Shown here piece by piece: positions 13,991 to 32,835 of a DNA stretch of 64,000 nucleotides (its first letter is position 1; every line of letters begins with the position of its first letter). Source of the stretch: Prorocentrum cordatum (taxonomy: Eukaryota); the NCBI GenBank assembly GCA_963575745.1, contig CAUYUJ010000099.1:1-64000 (forward strand), written 5' to 3'. Below the pieces are notes generated by a model. It worked only from the letters and a program-made list of their open reading frames with translations, made no database searches and was not told the DNA's origin. Made by a program: the position numbers and the translations under genes.

Positions 13991-14569
13991 TGTACCACCT
14001 AGATTGTATCACATTGATTGCACCACCCAGATTGCACCGCACATATGGCAGGAAATCGTTGTTTGGGGTCCACATGGGTTCGTATGCTGTTGTATATCTC
14101 CGTCCTCAGTTTCTGGTTCCCACCCCTTGTGCGAAAAGTGTTGCTGGTGTCCCCCGACCCGCTCATCGTCTTCTCCTCCTCCCGGCCATCCTCTCCCACA
14201 TACAGTGGAGACCCATGCCAAGAAACACCCCGCTTGCCTCCAGGGTGCCCTGGGTTGCTTGGGTTTCGATGCTTCTGCCATGGAGAGCGCGACGCTCCCA
14301 CGCCCAAACATCGGTGGACGCCCTGGGCCTCAGGGTTGGGCTTCTCGCGGACGGTTTCTTGTGGACTGGCCTCCGCTGTACAGTCGGCCCGGATTAGTAG
14401 GTCGACCCTGCCAAATCAAGGGCACCTTTGTGCCCTGTGTCTCGCGACCCGTGCCTCCCGCATTCCTGTGGCAGTGTGACCCTCGGAAGGGCCTTTTGTC
14501 CTCTCGCGTGTCCCGTCCAATGAAGCCCAGCTGCACTTCTGACTCCCCTCTTCTCCTCCTCCAGTAGAC

Positions 14570-14761
14570 GGGCTAACGGCGATGTTGGTAACGGCGATGT
14601 AGGTTTCGCTAGTGTGAGAACGCGTGATTCGCGCTTTCCTACAATTCGCTGTGTCGCGCTCGCTCGATGCACTCGCAGATGGGAAATGGAGGGTAGTGTG
14701 GTTCGTGATTTCCTACACTTTGGTTCCCAACATCACCGTTAAGCAACGTCGCCGTTAGCCC
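14570..14761. mobile_element. 192-bp MITE
   Basis: TIR GGGCTAACGGCGATGTTG / CAACGTCGCCGTTAGCCC (17/18). Confidence 0.65.
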
Positions 14762-14869
14762 AGCCTTGGTCCTCTCGACCGTCCTCCTCCGCTTCATGTG
14801 CTCTCTTGGGGCGTCGCTTCCTGCTCCTCGCGCGCACCCCTCCCGCCCTGCGCCGCTCGGCCCGTGCAG

Positions 14870-14978
14870 CTCCTCCTCGCCGACGGGGAGGCCACCAGCG
14901 CCGACGCCACCGGGTACCGCGTGGAGGTCGGCGAGAAGGCGACCGCGACGATAGTGATCATCGACGACGACCTGCCTG
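14870..14978 (+). CDS. Calx-beta protein exon C: LLLADGEATSADATGYRVEVGEKATATIVIIDDDLP(G)
   Basis: CAG acceptor after a pyrimidine-rich tract and a GA donor at 14979 (phase 1). A-T-I-V-I-I-D-D-D-x-P-G is the typical CBD1 end/CBD2 linker. Confidence 0.85.
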
Positions 14979-15609
14979 GACCCTGGCGGCTCTCCCGGAT
15001 GCCCTCGCGTCGCCAGGGTTGAGTCGGGCATGTCTGCAGGAGGAATGTTCAAAAATTGTCAAAAAACAGTCTGGGGACGATTGTTCTATTATTATTTTTT
15101 GTATTTTTGATTATTTGTTGCGACCATTTTTATTATTCGTCGTCCAAAATCCGCTGGTAGGAGGACACGCCGGACCTAACGCCAGGGTGTCCCGACTTCC
15201 CTCCCTCCCCACCCCCGCCCTGTGCCGACGTGTGCCACACGGCGTCCACACACGGACGACACTTCGCTAGGGAGCTCCCGAACGAAGTGAACCCCACCCT
15301 CCCCCTTAGAAATCGTGGGGGTAGGGTAAGGGTTTGCATGTGGCCCCCTACCAACTTCCCTCCCTCCCTCCCCCCCCGCCTTGTGCCGACATGCCAAACG
15401 CGGCGTCCACGCGGACGATAAGTACAGACCGTACGGATGGGTTCCTCCAGGCACGCAAGGGGCCTGTTCTGCTCTGGTGCTCCCTCGCTCGCCTCCCCCT
15501 CTCGTTCCTCCCCCTACGCTTCCTTACGTGCACACTTCCGGCGCATACTGCCGCACGTATTGGTCTTTGTTCCTCCCCTGGCTCCTCCCCTGGCCCCGCC
15601 AGGTCAGCT

Positions 15610-15811
15610 TTCGGCGGCGAGCGAGGGGGGGAGGTGAGAGGGGGTGGGCCTTCTCAGAATTCTCGGAAGTCGCCTGGCCTTCTGAGAAGTTGTTTTGAGC
15701 TTTCCCCGACGACAGAAGGAACCTGTCAGAAGGCGCGAGGGTTTCTGAGAAGTCCCGCCGCCTTTGACAAGGCCTTCTCCTTCTCACTTCCCCCCCTCGC
15801 TCGCCAGCGAA
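15610..15811. mobile_element. Free MITE of the same family as the exon A-B intron
   Basis: TIRs TTCGGCGGCGAGCGAGGGGGG...CCCCCCTCGCTCGCCAGCGAA. The internal TCTCAGAA/TTCTGAGAA blocks are colinear with 9170-9327. Confidence 0.75.
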
Positions 15812-16334
15812 TATTGATATTTCCTGGTGTTTTGTGCGACCAGTCAGTCCAGCTGTGTTGAGTGTTTAGCATATCCTGCTTTTTCTTCCTCACCGTTCCC
15901 CTCGTATGTTCGTGTTCTTTCCTCCTCGCCTTTGCCCGTTTCATCTTGACGTGCAAGGACAGCTTGTCTTCGATTGATCTGGCCAACGTTGCAATTTGGG
16001 ACAATCCATCCGAACAGTTTGGAGCGGTAACAGGAGGAGAAGGAGAGGCAAGAGGAGAAAAGGGTTTGGGGGACGACAAGGAAGTTCGGCGAGGGAGGGC
16101 GACAGGACGACAAAGACTCGAGAGGCTCACTGCGACTTTGGCTAGTGCCCGAACACCGTCGATGGAGCTCAGAGGCGACACTGCTGATTACGCTCGCGTG
16201 CATCCATCAGTTTCCCTGTCTGTCTCTGCCGTGGTTCGAAAGATGCTCCTGTAAATTCCAAAGACGAAATCCAAATGTTTCTTGGGTCGCCTCCTCGTAT
16301 TGCTAAAAGCAGTCGTAGCATTTCTGAGTATGGT

Positions 16335-22878
<6,544 letters not shown>

Positions 22879-23314
22879 TGTTGGTCTCCTCCTCGCGCGC
22901 AATCGCGAAATTCGGTGTCGCTTGCGACGGTCGGGCGCAGTGAGCAACGATGTTGACGCCCGCGTTTCACCTGTTCCTGTGGCCGCGGATTCTTTTTCAA
23001 TGGCAAACGGCCGGCTCGCGTAAGCGTGCCAACGCCCCTAGCTTTTCGTGGTTTCCGCAGATTGTCTTGGCGTTGCCGTTGTCTTTCTCCTCTGTGGCCA
23101 AGATCGGGCGCACTGCGTCATGGGCCGGCACCTCCTGGTAGAACCGATGAAGTCTGACGTGAGCGGGCGGAGCTCATGGCGATACAGCGGAGGGGTACAC
23201 GTCGCGTGCGAGGGCCAGTGTGGATGGTTTTGGGTGGGTCGTCGAGCAGGAGCCTTATCCGTGCAGGAGGCGCTTCGAGGGGAGTGGCGACGATGGTGCG
23301 GCCTCCCCGTCCAG

Positions 23315-23367
23315 GACAGCTCCGCTTCAAGGGCGACGAGAAGGGTGATGACCATCTCACCGTCAAG
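23315..23367 (+). CDS. Calx-beta protein exon D: (G)QLRFKGDEKGDDHLTVK
   Basis: CAG acceptor, with a phase that matches exon C (CCT G|GA CAG CTC CGC TTC = PGQLRF, the start of the second Calx-beta domain). AAG|GA donor at 23368. Confidence 0.75.
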
Positions 23368-24804
23368 GATCGTGGGGGGATTCTGGGGTCCGTTCGGAAT
23401 CGCTACTCACGCACGGGCCAGGAACGAATCAGTGAACAGGAGGAGGTGGAGGAGGATGATGTTGATGCCAGAGAATTAGAATCTGAGCACGATCGTGAGG
23501 ATGAAGAGGAGGGGAGGAGGAGGAGCAGGAGGAAGGGAGGAGGAGAAGAAAGAGGAGGTGGAGGAGGAGGACAGCTCGGACTGGCCTCTTGCGCGAGCGC
23601 ATCACGCACGTTCTTGTTTGCAGCCGGGGGGGGAAGGGCCGTTGAGTGATCCGATCACGGGGTTCGGACTGCATTCCTTACGGTTTGGTCGAGAGCTTTT
23701 GGGGAGCATCTTTGGAGACCTCTTGAGATGCTCTGGGTCTTGTACCAGGTCGGCAGGCCATCTTGCGGCGCCAAGGTGCTGTCAGGGGGCCGCTGTGGGT
23801 TGTCTTGTGGCTGACGAGGGTCACGTGGCCGACGTCGGCCAGTCCAGGGCCATCAAGGAGCCATCCTCGGCATATGTTGGATGGGTTTGGGGGCATTTGG
23901 GGGCCCCTCCCCAAGCCTTGAAAATCTGTTTCGGGGGATTTCCCCTTCCGACTTTGGACAGGGTAACACGAGATCTCGCTTGTATCAGGAAGCAGAAGAC
24001 GCTCAGGCGCAGTGCCAAACGCATCCCACAAATACGGTCTTTTCGCATCTGCTGTGAGGGTGGCTGGCCCTCTCTGGTGCGAAAACGCAATCGGTTTCAC
24101 GCACGCCTGCTGCTTCAGGTTGTGGTTGCGGACAAACCCATGCAGTGACACAACAACCTACTCCAGATTTCGTAATAAAAGGGAGTGGGTCACAACCCTC
24201 CCAGACGAAAAGTTTTAGACCCCTCCAGACCATCCATGAAAGGGCGGCCCTTCGCCCAGACCCCCCCGAACCCTCCGAGACAGCTCAAATCAGACCCCCC
24301 CCAAATGTGACCCCCCCCCCACTTTATTATGGAATCCGGAGTAGCCAGTACATGGTGTTAATTACGGAGCTCGGACTCCCTTCTGGATTTCGTCGGCGAC
24401 GCGTTCTGCGACGCAGACTGCGGGGCTTCGAGAGATGGGCGTGCTTGTCGCGGCCTCACCAGGGCGCTCCATTCGTCGACTGCGAACGGCTTCGTGCACT
24501 TGCACTCTGTCCACTTTGGAACGTCACTTTCGCTTGGAAAAAAATTCGGGGAATGGCTTTGCTGCGACCGGTGAGGGGAGCCCCGCGTAGCGACATCTGG
24601 TGAGGATGCCGTTGCCCAAAATTTTTTTGGTCGCGGCCACGAGCGAAAGGGCATGCGGCGAGCAGGGTGTCCGGGCCAACGGGCAAGCCTAATCCGTTGC
24701 CCAAAAGGGCACAACTATGCAAGATAGTGTCGGGCGAAGGGGGCAGCTCCACTTCCGCCTCGTCGCTGTCCCTCCGAAGTGTCCACGGCGCCCGATATCG
24801 ACAG

Positions 24805-24891
24805 GAGGAGCCCGAAGACTTCACGGTGAACTTGTGCGTGGAGCGCAATAACGGCTGCACCGGGACGGTGTCGTGCAAGTACAAGACCGAG
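24805..24891 (+). CDS. Calx-beta protein exon E: EEPEDFTVNLCVERNNGCTGTVSCKYKTE
   Basis: CAG acceptor and GAG|GA donor at 24892. Carries the V-x-R-x-x-G-x-x-G-x-V-x-x-x-Y-x-T Calx-beta motif. Confidence 0.88.
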
Positions 24892-25631
24892 GATTCGGGA
24901 GGGCCAGAAATTCATCAGGTCAGGAGGAGGATGAGAAAGAGCAAGAGGGGGAAGGATTAGGAGAAATGATGAAGAGGGATGAGGAGGAGGAGGATGAGCC
25001 GAGACCAACATGTGTAAGTGTTTGGTTGTTTCGGAGGGGCGCGAAAAGTAGAACAGTGCATTGGCGCATGGGCCAGTAGAGACTTGGACAAGTAGAAATC
25101 CGATGTTTGCCAAATGCCAAACGCGAAACGCAGGAACGTAGAAACGTAGGAAGCGGCAGTACCCAAAGTCGAAAAGTAAAAAGCACACACACACGAAAGT
25201 GGTATCGCACGTCTCTTATGTCATACCCTTCTACACTCTTTCACTTGCCTAATAACTTTCAAGTTTTCTGTTTTGTCATTTTTGAGACGGGTTACCCATA
25301 CTGTTGATATTGTACACGTTCGTATGATTGATTATACTGCTTGGCATGTATAAACTTTGGCCTGTCTGTGTCAAATAATTAAGAATAGCAGATCAGGACC
25401 GTCGGCTGAAAGTTCAAATCTTTGTGTTAGTGTCTGCTCTTCTACCTTTTCTCATGTTTCAAGTATTGGACCCTTTTGAGCCGAGCCAGTGGGACAGCAC
25501 GACAGCACATGTTGGTCCGAGGCAGAGGATGGGACTTCGATGTTGGAGTTGAGGGGCATGTGTGGCAGAAGTCGAAGTCACTGGAAACAGACATAGAGGC
25601 ATAACGCAATACATATCGATATGCATGTGGA

Positions 25632-26856
25632 TCGGAGGTTGGGGGGTGAGATCGCAGTGAAACGGAGACCCCCCGCCGGGAAATCGGTTTCGGTTTCGTG
25701 TTCGTGTTCGTGTCGTGCGCGCGGGCGAGGCGAAGTTGCGCGAGATCCTCCTGTAGCTAGGCCGAAGTAGGAGCGAAAGTCCGTTCCCGTCCGCCGGTGG
25801 CTCGGAGGTGTCCCACTTGGGCCGGGCGGTGTCCCTGGTGTCCCGGGTGTCAGTAGGAGCGAAAGTCCGTTTCCCGTCCGCCGGTGGCCGGGAGGTGTCC
25901 CAGTTGGGCCGGGCGGTGTCCCGGGTGCCCCGGGTGTCCCGGGCGTCCCGGCGCTAACGCATGTCGCTAATTTCATAATTCATTTTTTTCGGCGCCTGCG
26001 GCGGGCTTCCGTATCCAATCCAGCTTATGTTATCCAATCTGTCTTGCCCAATCCAATCCATCTCATCTTATCCAATTAATATTGTCCGATTTTATCGTTT
26101 CCCACCCAATCCAATCCGCCAACCCAATCCATCAATTCATTTGTTTTTGCGCCTGCGGCGGGCCAATCCAACCCATCTTATCTTATCCAATCCATTTTTT
26201 CCAATCCAACCCATATTATCTTATCCAATCCATCTTACCCCATCAAATCCAACCCACCCAACCCAATCCATCAATTCATGTTTATCGGCGCCTGCTGCGG
26301 GCTTTCTTATCCAATCCAGCTTATCATATCAAATCCATATTGTCCAGTCCAATCCGTATTATCTTATCCAACCCATACTGTCCCATCTTATCCTATCCCA
26401 CCCAATCCATTCCATCCAACCCAATCCATCAATTCACTTGTTTTTGCGCCTGCGGCGGGCCGATTCAACAATCCATTTTATCTTATCCAATCCACGTCTT
26501 CCAATCCAACCCACCTTATCTTGTCCAATCCATCCTATCCCTTCCAATCCAACCCACCCAACCCAATCCATGAATTCATTTTTGTCGGCGCTTGGGCGCG
26601 CTCGCGGCAGAGTGCGAGGCTCGAGCGTTCGGCGCCCTTGCGTTTCGGAAGTCGCCCCATGGCGTCCTTCCGTCCGCCTGCCATGGCGTCTCCCGCGGCG
26701 CGCATTCTCCGCACGGCGTTCCCGGGGCCAGGCGCTGCCAGCCCTGGCGCGGTCGACCGATTGGTAGATAGTGGGATTTCATCGTCATCGCGGTCATCAT
26801 TGTGGTGGAGGGAGACTCTGATAGAGAGGGAGAGAGGAAGGGCGAGAGAGATAGAG

Positions 26857-26887
<31 letters not shown>

Positions 26888-27016
26888 CAGAGAGACAGAC
26901 AGACTGAGAGAAAGAGAGAGATGAGATCAAGGTGACAGGCTGGAGGTCAGTTTGGGTGGGCATTTGATCTCACCCCAAAAAACCTCCTTATCGCCCGCAG
27001 GGGGCTCGTATAGGTA
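25632..27016 (+). mobile_element. Helentron/HINE-like non-autonomous element, copy 1
   Basis: 5' TCGGAGGTTGGGGGGTGAGATC, inverted copy GATCTCACCCC at 26966, then terminal CCTTATCGCCCGCAGGGGGCTCGTATAGGTA. The interior holds ATCCA-rich and (GA)n repeats. Confidence 0.55.
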
Positions 27017-27222
27017 TGTGAATTTGCGCACATATGTACGCGCACACATGTGAAGAAAGAGACAGGCGACAGTCGTTTATAGTACGATTGTATGTACAAG
27101 TATGTGCACGTACACGCACGCATACGCGCACATACATACATTGGTACATGTCCACAGACATACGCGTCTATACGTATATATACATATACATATATCTATA
27201 TATATATATGAAAATGAAACTG

Positions 27223-28918
27223 TCGGATGTTGGCGGGTGAGATCGCAGCGAATCGAAGACCCCTCACCGGGAAATCGGCTTCGGTTTCGCGTTCGCGTCG
27301 CGCGCGCGGGCGAGGCGAAGCTGCGCGTGATCTTCCTATAGCTAGGCCGAAGTAGGAGCGAAAGTCCGTTCCCCGTCCGCCGGCGGCCGGGAGGCGCCCC
27401 AGTTGGGCCGGGCGGCGTCCCGGGTGTCCAGTAGGAGCGAAAGTCCGTTTCCCGTCCGCCGGTGGCCAGGAGGTGCCCCAGTTGGGCGGGCGGTGTCCCG
27501 GGTGTCCCGGGCGCCCCGGTGCTAACGCGCGTCGCTAATTTCATGGTTCATGTTTTTCCCACCCATCCTGTGGTGTTGTGTCCTCGTTTTGAAGAGACGG
27601 TGCCCCGCGTCTTTCTTCCTTCCTTCCTTCCTCCTCCCCCTCCTCCCTCCTCCTCCCTCCTCCCTCCTTCCTCTCCTCCATCCTCCCCCTCCTTGCCTTT
27701 GCTCTCGGCGCACCTCTCACACGTTTCGTGGCCCCATAGGGAGCTCCACCGAAGGTCCCAGCGGCAAAGCCCGCATGCGTCCGCCACGCCCAGCACAGCG
27801 CTTCGTGGCCCCATAGGGACCTCCACCGAAGGCCCCAGTGGGGGGGGCGCATGCGTCCGCCACACCCAGCGCAGCGTTTCGTGGCCCCATAAGGAGCTCC
27901 ACCGAAGGTCCCAGTGGAGGGGGGCGCATGCGTCCGCCACACCCAACACAGCGCTTCGTGGCCCCATAGGGAGCTCCACCGAAGGTCCCACTGGGGGGGA
28001 GGGGGGGGGGCGCATGCGTCCGCCACACCCAGCGCAGCGTTTCGTGGCCCCATAGGGAGCTCCACCGAAGGCCCCAGTGGAGGGGGGCGCATGCGTCCGC
28101 CACACCCAGCGCAGCGTTTCGAGGCCCCATAGGGAGCTCCACCGAAGGCCCCAGTGGGGGGGGGGGGGGGGGGGCGCATGCGTCCGCCACACCCAGCGCG
28201 GCGCTTCGTGGCCCAACAGGGAGCTCCACCGAAGGTCCCAGTGGAGGGGGGCATGCGTCTGCCACACCCAGCACGGCGCTTCGTGGCCCCATAGGGAGCT
28301 CCACCGAAGGCCCCAGTGGGAGGGGGGCGCATGCGTCCGCCATGCCCAGCACGGCGTTTCGTGGCCCCATAGGGAGCTCCACCGAAGGTCCCAGTGGGGG
28401 GGGGGGGGGGCGCATGCGTCCGCCACACCCAGCACGGCGCTTCGTGGCCCCATAGGGAGCTCCACCGAAGGTCCAAGTGGGAGGGGGGCGCATGCGTCCG
28501 CCACACCCAGCACGGCCTTTCGTGGCCCATAGGGAGCCCCCCCGAAGGCCCCAGTGGGGGGGTGGGGGGCGCATGCGTCCGCCACACCCAGCGCGGCGCT
28601 TCGTGGCCCAACAGGGAGCTCCACCGAAGGGCTCACTGGAGGGGGGCGCATGCGTCCGCCACACCCAGCACAGCGTTTCGTGGCCCTATACGGGGCTCCC
28701 CCGAATGCGATAACCACAACTGCATGTGGTTGGTTGGGTCTTTCGCCAGGCTAATTCGGCGCCTGCGGCGAGTTCCCTCATCCAACCCAGCTTATTTTAT
28801 CAAATCCATCTTGTCCAAACCAATACATTTTATAGTATCCAACCCATATTGTCCCATCTTATATACTCACACCCAATCCACCCAACCCTATCCATCAATT
28901 CGCTTGTTTCTGCGAGAA

Positions 28919-28949
<31 letters not shown>

Positions 28950-29150
28950 CAGAGACAGAGACAGAGACAGAGACAGAGACAGAGACAGAGAGAATGACAG
29001 ACACAGAAAGAGAGAGGGAGAGAGAAAGAGAGAGACAGAGAGAAAGAGAGATATTAGATCAAGGTGACAGGCTGGAGGTCAGTCTGGGTGGGCGCTCGAT
29101 CTCAATCCCACCCCAACTTCCCTATCGCCCGCCAGGTGGTCGTATAGGTA
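27223..29150 (+). mobile_element. Same family, copy 2, interrupted by a satellite-bearing element
   Basis: Colinear with copy 1 at both ends and in the ATCCA/(GA)n interior, with an extra insertion at 27553-28756. Confidence 0.55.
27553..28756 (-). mobile_element. Satellite-bearing element (about 13 units of ~80 bp)
   Basis: Both ends are reverse complements of the ends of 33555-36567. The units share the core CCTTCGGTGGAGCTCCCTATGGGGCCACGAAAC. Confidence 0.7.
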
Positions 29151-29170
29151 TATGCGTATGTTGTTATATG

Positions 29171-31183
29171 TCGGAAGTCGAGGGTGAGATCGCAGTGGAA
29201 CGAAGACCCCCAACCGGGAAATCGTTTCGTTCCGTTCGCGTCGCGCGCGCGGGCGAGGCGAAGCTGCGTGGGCGCGCGAGAGGAATGAACCCGCCGCTGT
29301 TAGGACGAAGTCAAGACAAACGTTTCTCCTCCGTCCGGCGGTGCCCCGCAGTGTCCCGCCGCTGCTTGGGCGAAGTCAAGACAAATGTTTCTCCTCCGTC
29401 CGGCGGTGGCTCGCGGTGCCCCGCAATGTCCCGCCGCTGCTAGGGCGAAGTCAAGACACATGTTTCTCCTCCGTCTGGCGGTGGCTCGCGGTGTCCCGCC
29501 GTTGTTAGGGCGAAGTCAAGACAAGTGTTTCTCCTCTGTCCAGCGGTGGTTCGCGGTGCCCCGCCGCTGCTAGGGCGAACTCCAGACAAATGTATATCCT
29601 TCGTCCGGCGGTGGTTCGCGGTGTCCCGCGGTGTCCCGCCGCTGCTAGGACTAAGTCAAGACAAATGTTTCTCCTCCGTCCGGCGGTAGCTCGCGGTGTC
29701 CCGCCGCTGCTAGGGCGAAGTCAAGACAAATGTTTCTCCTCGGTCCGGCGGTGGCTCGCGGTGTCCCGCCGCTGCTAGGGCGAAGTCAAGACAAATGTTT
29801 CTCCTCCGTCCGGCGGTGGCTCGCGGTGTCCCGCCGTTGTTAGGGCGAAGTCAAGACAAACGTTTCTCCTCCGTCCGGCGGTGGTTCGCGGTGCGGTGTC
29901 CCGCCGCTGCTAGGGCGAAGTTCAGACAAATGTTTCTCCTCCGTCCGGCGGTGGCTTGCGGTTTCCCGCGGTGTCCCGTGGTGTCCCGTGGTGTCCGCCG
30001 TTGCTAGGGCGAAGTCAAGACAAATGTTTCTCACACGTCCAGCGGTGGCTCGCGGTGTCCCGCGGTGTCCCGAGGTGTCCCGTGGTGCCCCGTGGTGTCC
30101 GCCGTTGCTGGGGCGAAGTCAAGACAAATGATTATCCCCCGTCCGGCGGTGGCTCGCGGTGTCCCGCGGTGTCCCGAGGTGTCCCGTGGTGTCCCGTTGA
30201 GTGAGATCGTCAGTGGTATCGATAGTGAGATCGGTACTGAGATCGATAAGATCGATGGTGAGATCGATACTGACATCGATGTGGTGCCCCGAGGTGTCCC
30301 GTGGTGTCCGTTGATGCCCCAAGAAGTGATATCGATAGTGAGATCCATTGTGAGATCGACAGGTGTCCCGTGGTGTCCCGTGGTGTCCGCCGTTGCTAGG
30401 GCGAAGTCAAGACAAATGTTTCTCACACGTCCAGCGGTGGCTCGCGGTGTCCCGCGGTGTCCCGAGGTGTCCCGTGGTGCCCCGTGGTGTCCGCCGTTGC
30501 TGGGGCGAAGTCAAGACAAATGATTATCCCCCGTCCGGCGGTGGCTCGCGGTGTCCCGCGGTGTCCCGAGGTGTCCCGTGGTGTCCCGTTGAGTGAGATC
30601 GTCAGTGGTATCGATAGTGAGATCGGTACTGAGATCGATAAGATCGATGGTGAGATCGATACTGACATCGATGTGGTGCCCCGAGGTGTCCCGTGGTGTC
30701 CGTTGATGCCCCAAGAAGTGATATCGATAGTGAGATCCATTGTGAGATCGACAGGTGTCCCGTGGTGTCCCGTGGTGTCCCGTTGAGTGAGATCGATAGT
30801 GAGATCGATGCTGAGATCGATGTGGTGCCCCGAAGTGTCCCGCGGTGTCCCAAAAAGTAAAATCGATAGTGAGATCGACAGGTGTCCCGTGGTGTCCCGT
30901 GGTGTCCCGTTGAGTGAGATCGATAGTGAGACCGGTAGTGAGATCGAGAGGTGTCCCGCGGTGTCCCGTGGTGTCCCGTGGTGGCCCATGGTGTCCCGTG
31001 GTGTCCCGTTGAGTGAGATCGATAGTGAGATCGACAAGTGTTCCGTGGTGTCCCGCGGTGGCCCGTGGTGTCCCGTTGAGTGAGATCGATAGTGAGATCG
31101 ATTGAATCAGATGTTGGTTCCCCCCCCCTTCCCCCCCCCACAAGCTCCAGCTCCTTATCACCCGAAGGGTGGTCGTATAGGTA
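29171..31183 (+). mobile_element. Same family, copy 3, with a different internal tandem array
   Basis: Shares the 5' ~110 nt and the 3' CCTTATCACCCGAAGGGTGGTCGTATAGGTA. The interior has ~65-95-bp TAGGGCGAAGTCAAGACAAA units, GTGAGATCGATA repeats and a 392-bp duplication. Confidence 0.5.
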
Positions 31184-31446
31184 TGCATGTACAAAGATAT
31201 GCGTTCATACATACATACATACATACATACATACATACATACATACATACATACATACATGCATGCATGCATGCATTGGTACCGCTCCAACGCAGCCCCA
31301 AAAAATGCCGTGAGGGTCCCAAGAGACCCCCAATAACGTCCAAGAGAGCCGAGGGTCGCCGAAAGATCGCTCCAAGACGCCCAAGATGGCCTCAAGACGG
31401 CCTAAACTCATCCAACACGGCCCAGGGGGCCTTCAAGAGCATTCCC

Positions 31447-32835
31447 AAAAAGGCCCCACGAGGCGAACCTTTAGCTATGGACAAGGTTTCTTGTAGTCGA
31501 AGTATTGAATCTTGAATATTGATGCGTCTTGCCTTTTGCATGGCTTCTCCATTTGTGTGGCTGCCCCTTGCACGGCTTGTCCTGCCGTTGCACGGGTTGC
31601 GACTGAGACATCCAGGAACTAAGACTCGTGATCGTTAGATACTTCTGATTACAGGGGACGAAGGCATAGGCAGCTGGCGCCCGTTTATCGCAGAGTTTCT
31701 GTTTCCATCAAAAAACCGACTCCGTTCTTGTGGTCCCACGAATTGTGCAGGGCCGTTCAATTCCATGTTATGTTACCCACACTAAATACATGTTGACCGA
31801 TTATTTTGACGAGGCTCTCTTCGAACAATCCATAACAAGTGGACCACGTATGACAATTGCATGCAAGATGTCACTACGAACAATATCAGTGCTTCTTTCT
31901 GGCGCGCTCACACTGGAAGCCCACTAAGTGGCTGTCATGATGATTATGTTCAATATTTGTGCGCGCCTAAGTTCAGCAAGAGGTTTTACACATCGAATCA
32001 CGGGCCAACCATGAACGATGTACACCACACATGGGGGGGGGCAAATGACGTCCTTACAATATTTAGGTACCGCAGACATGCTTTCCTCATTTCGGCAGAA
32101 GAAACATTAGCAGGACTATCGGCAATGACTTTTTCAGGGGCCTTGCAAGCAGACGGTAAGCGACTTGCCTCGCAACTCGGATTGGTGGATGGGTACACGG
32201 CAAGTCAGTGGAGGAGTGAAACTGTCGAGCATTACAAACAATGCACAAAACATTTGGCAGCCCTTGCAAATAATAGCACGTTGCTAATGTATGGTTTCAC
32301 GTCTGATCCCAATACGGCATTGTGGATTGGATGGGAGAATTACAACGCAAATGTTGACCAACAGCAGAGAGCATTCAAGTACTTGCTCGAAAGAGGGATC
32401 CGCAGCTTGGGCCATCTCCTTGGGATTAAAGAAAAACACATTGATACCGATGTGCTATCGCTCTTGGAACTTCCCCTGGGAGCCGAAGGGAGCTATTTCT
32501 ATACATGCGTCTGTGGAGATCGGATATGCAATACCTGCATGCGGACGCGCTCGGCATTCGCCCGGGCAATTATCAACGAGCGCCAAAAAAGGCGCAAGTC
32601 CTCTTTTACATCGTGGCCGCAGTTGATGGCGGCCCAAAGGAATGGCATCGAAGATGACGAGTGCCCTGCGCAGACGGCGCCAGATTTCACACCGTCGATA
32701 TGTCCGAAATGCGGGCACGAGGTTCGGCGGGGCTTCAGACGAGGCATGAGGAGGTAGATCATCCGTTGCGCACTTGGCGTGCTGTTGACCTGGCAGGAGC
32801 TGAGGTACCGAGAAAAAAAGGCCCCATGAGGCGAA
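31447..32835 (+). mobile_element. 1347-bp insertion with a 21-bp target-site duplication (TPRT-type retroposition)
   Basis: AAAAAGGCCCCACGAGGCGAA (31447-31467) and AAAAAGGCCCCATGAGGCGAA (32815-32835) are 20/21 identical and interrupt a CCCCAAGA-type dispersed repeat. Confidence 0.75.
31861..32757 (+). CDS. Orphan intronless 298-aa ORF with C-terminal Cys clusters, inside a retro-insertion (retrogene or young pseudogene)
   Basis: Non-repetitive ORF that is visibly less GC-rich than the host exons. It carries CVCGDRICNTC and CPKCGH motifs and lies within the TSD-flanked insert 31468-32814. Confidence 0.5.
   Translation: MQDVTTNNISASFWRAHTGSPLSGCHDDYVQYLCAPKFSKRFYTSNHGPTMNDVHHTWGGANDVLTIFRYRRHAFLISAEETLAGLSAMTFSGALQADGKRLASQLGLVDGYTASQWRSETVEHYKQCTKHLAALANNSTLLMYGFTSDPNTALWIGWENYNANVDQQQRAFKYLLERGIRSLGHLLGIKEKHIDTDVLSLLELPLGAEGSYFYTCVCGDRICNTCMRTRSAFARAIINERQKRRKSSFTSWPQLMAAQRNGIEDDECPAQTAPDFTPSICPKCGHEVRRGFRRGMRR

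Noticed and set aside
12980..14567. Cys/Gln-rich 329-451-aa ORFs
   Set aside because: They derive from the TTGCA pentamer satellite and GCC/CCT low-complexity tracts.
15594..15612. CCAG|GTCAGCTT as an alternative or duplicated exon D start (GQL)
   Set aside because: The similarity ends after 7 nt where the MITE begins, and the sequence after the MITE does not resume exon D.
31468..31485. CCTTTAGCTATGGACAAG as an SL relic at the 5' end of the retro-insertion
   Set aside because: It needs several gaps and mismatches and cannot be told from chance.
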